Source: Leucoraja ocellata (Eukaryota). Taken from it: 64,000 nucleotides of DNA. Position numbers and translations under genes: made by a program. Position 1 is the first letter of the stretch. Every line of letters starts with the position of its first letter. Shown here piece after piece: positions 1-11,700 of the stretch. The notes below the pieces were generated by a model that did no database searches, was not told the origin of the DNA, and worked only from the letters and a program-made list of their open reading frames with translations. Location: positions 11,160,001-11,224,000 of the forward strand of contig JAWMAR010000007.1 in NCBI GenBank assembly GCA_036785375.1, given 5' to 3'.

Positions 1-930
1 ATGAGGCTCGCACCAGGGTCTCTTCCATACCCCGCAACACTGCTCTCTCTCCCCATCCCCCCACTCGCAACAAGGGCCGAGTCCCCCTAGTCCTCACCTT
101 TCACCCCACCAGCCGTCACATACAAAAAGTAATCCTCCGTCAGTTTCGCCACCTCCAACGTGACCCCACCACTCGCCACATCTTCCCATCTCCCCCCATA
201 TCTGCCTTCCGCAAAGACCGCTCCCTCCATAACTCCCTTGTCAATTCTTCCCTTCCCTCTCGTACCACCCCCTCCCCGGGCACTTTTCCTTGCAACCGCA
301 AGAGATGCAACACTTGCCCCTTTACCTCCCCCCTCGACTCCGTTCAAGGACCCAAGCAATCGTTCCAGGTGTGACAGAGGTTTACCTGCATCTCTTCCAA
401 CCTCATCTATTGCGTCCGCTGCTCTAGATGTCAGCAGATCTTTATCAGTGAGACCAAGCGGAGGTTGGGCGATCATTTCGCCGAACACCTCCGCTCGGTC
501 CGCAATAACCAAGCTGACCTCCCGGTGGCTCAGCACTTCAACTCCCCCTCCAACTCCGTTTCCGACCTCTCTGTCCTGGGTCTCCTCCATGGCCACAGCG
601 AGCAGCACCGGAAATTGGAGGAACAGCACCTCATATTCCGTTTGGGGAGTCTGCATCCTGGGGGCATGAACAGCGAATTCTCCCAATTTTGTTAGTCCTT
701 ACTGTCTCCTCCCCTTCCTCAGTCCCCCTGCTGTCTCCTCCCAACCCCCAGCCTTCGGGCTCCTCCTCCTTTTTCCTTTCTTGTCCCCGCCCACCCCCCG
801 CCCCCGATCAGTCTGAAGAAGGGTTTCGGCCCGAAATGTTGCCTATTTCCTTCGCTCCATAGATGCTGCTGCACCCGCTGAGTTTCTCCAGCTTTTTTGT
901 GTAACCTTCGATTCTCCAGCATCTGCAGAT
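1..930 (+). mobile_element. Penelope-like retroelement 3' part (GIY-YIG endonuclease remnant plus terminal repeat)
   Basis: Translates to RCNTCPF...SSNLIYCVRCSRC..IFISETKRRLGDHFAEHLRSV...VAQHFNSP...EQHLIFRLGSLHPGGMN with an internal stop, followed by the ctgaagaagggtttcggcccgaaa terminal motif. Confidence 0.85.
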
Positions 931-949
931 CGTTCTTAAACACAAGTAT

Positions 950-1496
950 AAAGGGTGTAGGCTTACAATTTAGAGCTAAATAAAGAGGACAAAAAGAGGA
1001 CATGAGATAGCTATGGCAGATAAGATAACGGAGAACTCAGAGAAATTCTCGAAGTATATTAAGAGCAAAAGGCTAAATAAAGAGAATAGGATCAACATGG
1101 TCATCCATGGGAGATGGGCGAGGTTTTAAATTAACATTTCTCATCTGTATTTATCGTGGAGAAGGTCATGGAAGTTAAGGAATTACGAGTATTGAATTGC
1201 AATACATTGGAACATATCTACATTACAAAAGAGGTGCTGACAGTCTTAAGTCATATTTGGGTAAATAGATGTCCGAGGCCTGATGAGATGTATCCTAGGA
1301 TATTACGGGAAGCTAGGGAAGAAATTTCAAGTGCTCTGGCAGAGGCATTTGCATCATCTTTAACATAAGTGTGGTACTGGAAGATTGGAGGGTGGTAAAT
1401 GTTGTGCCCCTATTTAAGAAGGGCTGCAAGTACAAGACAGGGAACTACAGACCAGTGAGCCTGTAGTGGTGAGAGAATTACTGGAGGGGATTTTGA
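950..1496 (+). mobile_element. Degenerate CR1 LINE ORF2 fragment (resumes after 2259 and runs into the tandem unit)
   Basis: CPRPDEMYPRILREAREEI...EDWRVVNVVPLFKKG..GNYRPVSL motifs. Confidence 0.8.
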
Positions 1497-2258
1497 TGTT
1501 AATTCTGGTCAAATTGGAGATGCCAGGACACTAAAATTGTGTAAAGGCTTCGGGTCTGCTAGGCCATTTGGTCAATTTAAATGTGCCTTCTGCAGAAATG
1601 GGACAAGCTGCAGAATGATGTCAGCTTGTCTGGAGCCTAGATACGAGTTGTAGGAAAAGAATGGGACTTCTGCGGATTCTTACAATTAGGTGTAAATTGC
1701 ATGAAACGGATTGGGTGAATGCAAACCAGACATATACATTGTTAATATTGTTCCAAAGCTTTACTTTGCTAGATGTTGATTGGATTAAGTGTTGAGCCTT
1801 GTCTAGGTTTCTTGAATAACAAGGCACATGTTGCTATGTTTGCTTCCTTCCAGAAGCTCTGTTTGAATACAATGTATTAGTTACTGTATTATTGGGTTAG
1901 GGAAATGTCTATCATGTACTGTGTTAATCGATATCTGTTATTGGACTGTAAAGAGTCCACCCCCATATGATTCGGCCCCTCAAGGTTCGGGCACCTATAA
2001 AAGGCCACTCCCACGAGGTCCTGAGTCGATCTTCTGGGAAAACGTTTGGGACTGTGCGACTGTTTGGAGTGTCTCTGCTTGCACAAGGCTAGGAGAGCTT
2101 GGCCAATCAGATACAAGGATCGAACCCACAGTGGTTAGGTATAGTAGTGAGGAACTGTTATTGTGTATTTCCAAAATAAAATTTAGATGCGTAAGGGCTT
2201 GACTCGGTATCTTATTGACGGAAACTAGACTGGGGGGAAGCGTAGAATGATCTTTACA
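1497..2258 (+). mobile_element. Putative solo LTR inserted in CR1
   Basis: Non-CR1 block interrupting the CR1 fragment; TG...CA ends, TATAAAA at 1996-2002, AATAAA at 2175-2180. No clean TSD; left end may instead be TGTAAAG at 1540. Confidence 0.5.
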
Positions 2259-2702
2259 AGGATGTACAAGGATGTACCCGGATTTGGAACGGTAACGACT
2301 GATGAGGGATAGTTAGCATGGCTTTGTGTGTGGAATTTGTGTGTGACTCATGAATTTGACTGAGCTTTTGATGAGGCGATGAGTCTATTGATGAGGGCAG
2401 AGCTGGTACACATTGCCTGCATGGACGTTAACATGGCCTTTGCCAAGTTCTCACATGTCTTACCATTCTGGAAGATTAAATCACATGAGGTCTAGGGTGA
2501 ATGAGCCAATTGGATATGAATTTGGCTTGGTGGAAGGTGGTGGTGATGGGTTGCTTCTCAGAATGGAGGCCTGTGACTAGTGGTGTATCACAGGGATCGG
2601 TGCTGGGCTCACTCAGTATGAAATGGGTTTGATGTGTTCCCCAAGGGGTGTCCTCGCAGATGTGTGTATTTTGCAGCTCACGGTGTGTTTGGTGGTCCTT
2701 AC

Positions 2703-2780
2703 CAGTCTCCTCCTCTTTGCAGGGAGGTCTTTGAATATGCACAGTACTGTACAGAGTGTTATTCTGATACTCCTGGGGAT
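2703..2780 (-). CDS. Cytoplasmic exon, copy A: DPQEYQNNTLYSTVHIQRPPCKEEET (ITSM TxYxxV)
   Basis: tgtgttcttttcag|AT...ACTG|gtaagg, 78 nt, phase 1/1, open. Confidence 0.75.
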
Positions 2781-5700
2781 CTGAAAAGAACACAGATTGT
2801 TGTTGCATTCCAGCATCGCTCCCCCACTGTATTCTACCACTCAAACCACCCACTCCCATTTAAACGACATTGGGACAGGTACTTGGTTTGGAAAGGTGTA
2901 TAGGGATATGGGCCAAATGCAGGCAATTGGGACTAGTGTGGATGGGCATTTTGGTTGGCTTGAGCAAGTTGGACCAAAGAGCCTGTCTCTGTGCTCTATG
3001 ACTCTATGAGTCCCCACCTTTGATAATCACTGTCTCTTGCCTGTTCCGATTGCCCCTCCTATAGTGGTCCATCTTTTGCCAAGACTGTTCTTCACCCCTC
3101 ATTAGGATACGTGGCATGCCCCAAGAGAACCCTCGCTGCTTCTGTACAGAACCGTACTGCAGAATAGACAGCATTGTACTTCCAGGTCTAACGCTTGGCT
3201 GCCCGTTGGTGGGAAACGGAAAATAAACAACACCAGGATCTCTAGTAACTCTATGTCCTGGGTCTTTGTTACTAATTCCACCATGTCTGGCCTTTGCTGC
3301 ACCTGCCCTGAATGTTGAATATGGAGAGCTCTGGATCACAGGCTCGCTGGGAAGCCCAGTGTATATTGTCAGTGCCAGTGGATGGTTCTAGTCAGTACAT
3401 CAAGGGTTTGCCTCCCAGCCCGTTGGGGGCACTATTTTACATGGGGCGTCCACACCACCACGTTGTTTCACAGCTCACCGTGTGCTTACTGTTCCTTACC
3501 TATCTCCACTCCTACTCGAGAACGGCTTTGAACGTGAACAATGCTGTAAATGAGGGCATGGCTTTGTGTGTGGAATTTGTGTGTGAATTTGACTGAGCTT
3601 TTGATGAGGCGATGAGTCTATTGATGAGGGCAGAGCTGGTACACATTGCCTGCATGGACGTTAACACGGCCTTTGCCAAGTTCTCACATGGCTTACCATT
3701 CTGGAAGATTAAATCACATGAGGTCTAGGGTGAATGAGCCAATTGGATATGAATTTGGCTTGGTGGAAGGTGGTGGTGATGGGTTGCTTTTCAGACTGGA
3801 GGCCTGTGACTAGTGGTGTATCACAGGGATCGGTGCTGGGCTCACTCAGTATGAAATGGGTTTGATGTGTTCCCAAGGGGTGTCCTCGCAGAGGTGTGTA
3901 TTTTGCCGCTCATGGTGTGTTCAGTGGTCCTTACCAGTCTCCTCCTCTTTGCAGGGAGGTCTTTGAATGGGCAAATTGCTGTACAGATTGTTATTCTGAG
4001 ACTCCTGGGGATCTGAAAAGAACACAGATTGTTATTGCATTCCAGCATCGCTCCCCCACTGTATTCTAACACTCAAACCACCCACTCCCATTTAAACGAC
4101 ATTGGGACAGGTACTTGGTTTGGAAAGGTGTATAGGGATATGGGCCAAATGCAGGCAATTGGGACTAGTGTGGATGGGCATTTTGGTTGGCTTGAGCAAG
4201 TTGGACCAAAGAGCCTGTCTCTGTGCTGTATGACTCTATGAGTCCCCACCTTTGATAATCACTGTCTCTTGCCTGTTCCGATTGCCCCTCCTATAGTGGT
4301 CCATCTTTTGCCAAGACTGTTCTTCACCCCTCATTATGATACATTGCATGCCCCAAGAGAACCCTCGCTGCTTCTGTACAGAACCGTACTGCAGAATAGA
4401 CAGCATTGTACTCCCAGGTCTAACGCTTGGCTGCCCGTTGGTGGGAAATGGAAAATAAACAACACCAGGATCTCTAGTAACTCTATGTCCTGGGTCTTTG
4501 TTACTACTTCCACCATGTCTGGCCTTTGCTGCACCTGCCCTGAATGTTGGATATGGAGAGCTCTGGACCACAGGCTCGCTGGGAAGCCCAGTGTATATTG
4601 TCAGTACCAGTGGATGGTTCTAGTCAGTACATCAAGGGTTTGCCTCCCAGCCCGTTGGGGACACTATTTTACATGGGGCGTCCACACCACCACGGTTGTT
4701 TCACAGCTCACCGTGTGCTTACTGTTCCTTACCTATCTCCACTCCTACTCGAGAACGGCTTTGAACGTGAACAATGCTGTAAATGAGGGCATGGCTTTGT
4801 GTGTGGAATTTGTGTGTGAATTTGACTGAGCTTTTGATGAGGCGATGAGTCTATTGCTGAGGGCAGAGCTGGTACACATTGCCTGCATGGACGTTAACAT
4901 GGCCTTTGCCAAGTTCTCACATGTCTTACCATTCTGGAAGATTAAATCACATGAGGTCTAGGGTGAATGAGCCAATTAGATATGAATATGGCTTGGTGGA
5001 AGGTGGTGGTGATGGGTTGCTTTTCAGACTGGAGGCCTGTGACTAGTGGTGTATCACAGGGATCGGTGTTGGGCTCACTCAGTATGAAATGGGTTTGATG
5101 TGTTCCCCAAGGGGTGTCCTCGCAGATGTGTGTATTTTGCCGCTCACGATGTGTTCGGTGGTCCTTACCAGTCTCCTCCTCTTTGCAGGGAGGTCTTTGA
5201 ATGTGCACAGTGCCGTACAGAGTGTTATTCTGATACTCCTGGGGATCTGAAAAGAACACAGATTGTTATTGCATTCCAGCATCGCTCCCCCACTGTATTC
5301 TATCACTCAAACCACCCACTCCCATTTAAACGACATTGGGACAGGTACTTGGTTTGGAAAGGTGTATAGGGATATGGGCCAAATGCAGGAGATTGGGACT
5401 AGTGTGGATGGGCATTTTGGTTGGCTTGAGCAAGTTGGACCAAATAGCCTGTCTCTGTGCTCTATGACTCTATGTAGGTATGTTGCAAAACCTACCTGAA
5501 TCGTCGTTGAGAATCTGCCCCAGGCTGTGTGCGCAATTTTGGCGCTGTTTAGAGGGGGCGTGTTTAAAACGCGATTTTTACTAGGCAGTTGCAATCGAAA
5601 ATGTTCAGCCTAGTAAATCATTAATGGAAAATCGCTGAAAGAACCCGTCGCAAAAGGTATTATTAGTTTTTATGGCCTTGTATAATAGTTATAGTAGTTT

Positions 5701-8700
5701 AAAAATCACTCTCTAAACCCGCGACCTCTCGCAGCCCCAGGGTTTTATAAAGCAAACAATTAAAGGTATGTACCTTATTTTTACATTAAAAAGGGCTTCT
5801 TAAGAACCCTGTCTATAAAGTTTTCTATAGCGAGTAGCTCATTTTGGGCTCTTTATATCCCGCAGTATTTTTCTGGGCGTTTGAGGGCACAAATCCAGCG
5901 CAATGTGAACGTTCTAAACCAGCGCCTTCACAGGAACCCACTAGAAAGCCGATTTAAATTGACTTTAATTTACAGCAATTGAACACTAAATTCCTTCCAT
6001 TTGGCCTATAAATTGATGTAAATGAGATTTAAAAATCATGTTTTATTGTGAATTATTTGTGAATATTATTGGGGCACTTAGGCTATTTAAAAATGTTAAT
6101 CATTTATTAAGAAATGGATAGATGTTTAGATCTAGTAATTGAAGTTTGAAATTAGCTACAATTGGGTAACTAACTAATTAAATGCTTTAATTTCAGGTCA
6201 TCCAAGTAAGATTATTTTATATTTGTTTCGGAATGGTTCAATCTATGATAACTGAAAATTTCATTCAGTTCTCTTAATTTTTAAGAAGGTTATGGGCTTT
6301 TGACTGTCCATGATCACAGCTTTTTTGTTATGTCCATAGAAAATCAATAGGGAACATGATGCTAATTTCCGAGTATGAAAATGGCCATAACTTTTTTATT
6401 ATTTGAGATATGAAAGTGAATTAGGTGTCAAATTAAACTTATTTTTATGCTGTATCTGATGGGATAAATTGAAGACTTGATTTTTTAAATCTCAAACTTT
6501 TGTAACATTGCTACTCTATGAGTCCCCACCTTTGATAATCACTGTCTCTTGCCTGTTCCGATTGCCCCTCCTATAGTGGTCCATCTTTTGCCAAGACTGC
6601 TCTTCACCCCTCATTATGATACGTGGCATGCCCCAAGAGAACCCTCGCTGCTTCTGTAGATACAGAACCGTACTGCAGAATAGACAGCATTGTACTTCCA
6701 GGTCTAACGCTTGGCTGCCCGTTGGTGGGAAACGGAAAATAAACAACACCAGGATCTCTAGTAACTCTATGTCCTGGGTCTTTGTTACTACTTCCACCAT
6801 GTCTGGCCTTTGCTGCACCTGCCCTGAATGTTGGATATGGAGAGCTCTGGATCACAGGCTCGCTGGGAAGCCCAGTGTATATGGTCAGTACCAGTGGATG
6901 GTTCTAGTCAGTACATCAAGGGTTTGCCTCCCAGCCCGTTGGGGGCACTATTTTACATGGGCCGTCCACACCACCACGGTTGTTTCACAGCTCACCGTGT
7001 GCTTACTGTTTCTTACCTATCTCCACTCCTACTCGAGAACGGCTTTGAACGTGAACAATGCTGTAAATGAGGGCATGGCTTTGTGTGTGGAATTTGTGTG
7101 TGAATTTGACTGAGCTTTTGATGAGGCGATGAGTCTATTGATGAGGGCAGAGCTGGTACACATTGCCTGCATGGACGTTAACATGGCCTTTGCCAAGTTC
7201 TCACATTGCTTACCATTCTGGAAGATTAAATCACATGAGGTCTAGGGTGAATGAGCCAAATGGATATGAATTTGGCTTGGTGGAAGGTGGTGGTGATGGG
7301 TTGCTTTTCAGACTGGAGGCCTGTGACTAGTGGTGTATCACAGGGATCGGTGCTGGGCTCACTCAGTATGAAATGGGTTTGATGTGTTCCCAAGGGGTGT
7401 CCTCGCAGATGTGTATATTTTGCTGCTCACGGTGTGTTCGGTGGTCCTTACCAGTCTCCTCTTTGCAGGGAGGTCTTTGAATGTGCAAATTGCTGTACAG
7501 AGTGTTATTCTGAGACTCCTGGGGATCTGAAAAGAACACAGATTGTTATTGAATTCCAGCATCGCTCCCCCACTGTATTCTATCACTCAAACCACCCACT
7601 CCCATTTAAACGACATTGGGACAGGTACTTGGTTTGGAAAGGTGTATAGGGATATGGGCCAAATGCAGGCAATTGGGACTAGTGTGGATAGGCATTTTGG
7701 TTGGCTTGAGCAAGTTGGACCAAATAGCCTGTCTCTGTGCTCTATGACTCTATGAGTCCCCACCTTTGATAATCACTGTCTCTTGCCTGTTCCGATTGCC
7801 CCTCCTATAGTGGTCCATCTTTTGCCAAGACTGTTCTTCACCCCTCATTATGATACGTGGCATGCCCCAAGAGAACCCTCGCTGCTTCTGTACAGAACCG
7901 TACTGCAGAATAGACAGCATTGTACTTCCAGGTCTAACGCTTGGCTGCCCGTTGGTGGGAAGCGGAAAATAAACAACACCAGGTTTATCAAGGGTTTGCC
8001 TCCCAACCCGTTGGGGACACTATTTTACATGGGGCGTCCACACCACCACGTTGTTTCACAGCTCACCGTGTGCTTACTGTTCCTTACCTATCTCCACTCC
8101 TACTCGAGAACGGCTTTGAATGTGAACAATGCTGTAAATGAGGGCATCTGGAGAGTAATAATAATAATAATAACTTTATTTATAAAGCACTTTAAACAAC
8201 TGCAGTTGCCACAAAGTGCTGTACATGAGAACTCATGGACAAGAATTTATTACAAACCATTAAAAACCGTAAAACAAAGGACTATAAAACAGTAAAAATC
8301 AAAAGACATTAAAAGCACTAAAAACAGGAGCAATGTCTCAGCCAGTGTCGAAAGCCAGTGAATAAAAATGAGTTTTTAGGGTGGATTTGAAGATGGACAG
8401 TGAGGGGGCCTGTCTGATGTGCAACGGCAAGGTGTTCCAGAGTGCCGGAGCAGCAACAGAAAAGGCTCTATCCCCTCTGAGCTTCCGCTTAGACCTTGGT
8501 ACCTCAAGGAGCAGCTGATCAGCTGACCTGAGGCACCGGGCAGGAGCGTGTGGGTGGAGCAGCTCAGAGAGGTAAGGCGGGGCGAGCCCATTCAATGATT
8601 TAAAAACAAATAAAATAATTTTTAAATGAACTCGAAAGTACACCGGGAGCCAGTGAAGGGAGGCCAAAATTGGCGTAATGTGCTCCCTCTTTCAAGTTCC

Positions 8701-11700
8701 GGTTAAGAGGCGATCTGGAAAGGACACAAATTTACTGCACAACTTCATCGCCTTGCTATCTTAACCTCACAATCCCAGCCCCTGAACTACTATCTCCCTT
8801 TTTGATGACCCTCGGACTGTCCTTGATCGGACTTTGTTGGCTTTACTTTCACTAAATGTTATTCCCTTATCATGTATCGATACACTATAAATAGCTCGAT
8901 TGTAATCATGTATTGTCTTCCTGCTGACTGGATGGCACACAACAAAAGCTTTTCACTGTACCTCGGTACACGTGACACCAAACTAAACTGTAACTGTCCA
9001 ACAGTCTCTCTCCCCCCCCCATCCATAACCCTGACAGCCCAATCTCTCCCCTTTCCTATCGCCCTACTCCCTTTTCTGCAGTTTTACTTCCCTGCAGGTG
9101 GAAAATAGAATATTGACAAGGCCCTGGAGGCAGGAATCTTGGGACTGGCATTGTTTTGCTGCTCACCATGTGTTCACTGTTCCCTACACATGAGGGGGTT
9201 ATTTGATTGGCAGGTGGGTTGAACAGCAGCCAGAGGTGAAAGACTGAAGGTGTGAGATAAGGATACATGTGAATTGTGAAGCCAGAGGAATGAATGTGGG
9301 TGGAAGGGGAGGGGAGCATTAAAATGGGTGCTCGTCCTGATGGGGCACAGAGAAGAGAGAGGTGGGGTGGGAAGGGGGTGGGGAGAAGTGTAGATGGGTT
9401 TTGCTGGTTAGTTACCTAACATTGGAAAATTCAATGTTCACACCGTTAGGTTGTAAACAAACCAAGCGGAATATAACCTGGAGTATTGCGTACAGTTTTG
9501 GTCTCCTAATGTGAGGAAAGACATTCTTGCCATAGAGAGAGTACAGAGAAGGTTCACCAGACTGATTCCTGGGATGTCAGGACTTTCATATGAAGAAAGA
9601 CTGGATAGACTTGGTTTATACTCTCTAGAATTAAGAGATTGAGAGGGGATCTTATAGAAACTTACAAAATTCTTAAGGGGTTGGACAGGCTAGATGCAGG
9701 AAGATTGTTCCCGATGTTGGGGAAGTCCAGAACAAGGGGTCATAGTTTAAGGATAAGGGGGAAATCTTTTAGGACCGAGATGAGGAAAACTTTTTTCACA
9801 CAGAGAGTGGTGAATCTCTGGAATTCTCTGCCGCAGAAGGTAGTTGAGGCCAGTTCATTGGCTATATTTAAGAGGGAGTTAGATGTGGCCCTTGTGGCTA
9901 AAGGGATCAGGGGGTATGGAGAGAAGGCAGGTACAGGATACTGAGTTGGATGGTCAGCCATGATCATATTGAATGGCGGTGCAGGCTCGAAGGGCCGAAT
10001 GGCTTATACCTGCACCCATTTTCTATGTTTCTATAAGGTGCTGTTTGTGTATGGTATTACTTTAACAATGGAGGAGGCCCAGGACAGTGAGGTTAGGATG
10101 GGAATGGGAAGGGGAGTTAAAATATATAGCAACAGAGAGATCCAACAGGTCTTGTTACACAGAGTTTGTGTTCAGTGGAACGGTCGCCGAAGCTATATTT
10201 GGTCTCGCCAATGTAAAGGAGGCCACATCAGGTGAAGTAGATGAAGTTGGAGGAGGTGCAGGTTAACCTCTGTCTCACCTGGAAGGACTGCTGGGGGTTC
10301 CTGGATGGATGTAAGGGAGGAGATGTAGGGACAGGTTTGCATCTCCTGCAGTTGCAAGGGAACGTTCCACTCATATATTTCTTAAAGAGGATGATGATTG
10401 GACTTTTTGGCCTTCCATCACAGTGAGGAATGTAGGGAATCTGCTGACGTGGATGCTTATGTTAACTTTTATATAATTGTGTGTCTTGTACGGCTGTACG
10501 GTAATTCACAAAACACTGTATCTTAATTGGTACATGTGACAATAAAAGACCTTTGTAACCTTTGAATACAAGTTGAGAGCAAGAATCAACCACTCAGCTC
10601 TGCTTTTCAATGATATCATGACTGATATCCCACCTGCTAAATGCTCACTACTGTGCTCTTCAAGAGCATGAAACGTCTGACGAAGGTGTGTCCAGCACGA
10701 ATGTTAGTGCTTTCTCTTTTCACAGAGGTTGCCTGACCTGTTGTGGGTTTCCAGATATTTCTGTTTCCAGATATACTCCATCTATCTCTGGCCCAAAATA
10801 TTAAAAACTCAATCTTTTGAGGAAGAGAGTTCCAAAGACTGTTGATCTAAGAAACGAAAATCAAGTCATCCTAAAATGGGTGACCCCTACTTGTGAACAG
10901 TAACTCTTCAATCCAGGTTTGCTCACAAGAGCAAACATCTTCTCAAATCCATTCTGCAAAGATGCTTTGGGAGCTTAGTAAAGTTTTTTCTCACTTTAAT
11001 GCCTCTAATTTTTACATCCATGATACTGCATGTTCCCCCAGTCCCACTCCAAACACGTCTGCTGCTGAAACCCATGTCCCTATCTTCAATCATTCCAGCC
11101 TTGTCACCTCTTACGTGAGTTTTAATCTGTACAAAACGCTCCATTGGCCTCCACTGGCTCCAGCTCGGGGGCATCTCAGTGTGAAGGTTCTCTTTTCCCA
11201 TTTTCTGTAAGCTGTTCCACTTTGCTAATCTTGGGATCTCTACGTTCTCCAGCTTGCCTCAGAAACATCCCCTCTTTGTTTCTCAGATCAATAGGAGCTC
11301 CCTTCCTCAATGACAGTGGCAGCACAGTGGCGCAGCAGGTAAAATGTGCAAACTCCACACTGATATCACCCAAGTTTGGGATCGAGCACGGGTCTCAAGC
11401 GCTGTGAGGCAGCAGCTCTCCCAGCAGCGCCACAGCACAGCACCAGAGATCTGGGTTCAATACAGACTGTATAGAGTCTGTGCTCGTCCCCATGAATGCT
11501 TGGCTTACCTCCGGATGTTCCAGTTTCCTCCACCACCTCATAGATATGCGGGTTAAATCGCCCCTAAGATCCAGGGAGATGATGAGAAAGTGGGTTGATA
11601 TAGAATTAGTGTGAAAGTATGATCAATGGTTGGCATGAACTCAGTGGGCAGAACAGCCTATTTCCATGCTGTATCCATAAAATTTCAACTTTTAACCACT

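Larger units (their letters stand above)
2316..8150. repeat. Four-copy ~1.23-kb tandem array (units 2316-3555, 3556-4788, 4789-7072 incl. MITE, 7073-8150 with ~150-bp deletion near 7985)
   Basis: Near-identical sequence recurs from gcatggctttgtgtgtgg at 2316, 3556, 4789 and 7073. Each unit holds a CR1 piece, one coding exon and part of a second exon. Confidence 0.97.

Noticed and set aside
3102-3205. Possible extra exon GSQALDLEV... in each unit
   Set aside because: Expected acceptor reads ACGG rather than ACAG, and there is no convincing donor or motif
3004-4829. Recurrent 66-186-aa ORFs within the tandem units (e.g. 4269-4829 +, 3004-3339 -)
   Set aside because: No recognisable domain, frames broken by indels between copies, and recurrence is explained by the duplication
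9167-9183. Possible mini-exon tgtgtag|GGAACAGTGAACACATG|gtgagc
   Set aside because: 17 nt, breaks the phase-1 pattern, weak acceptor
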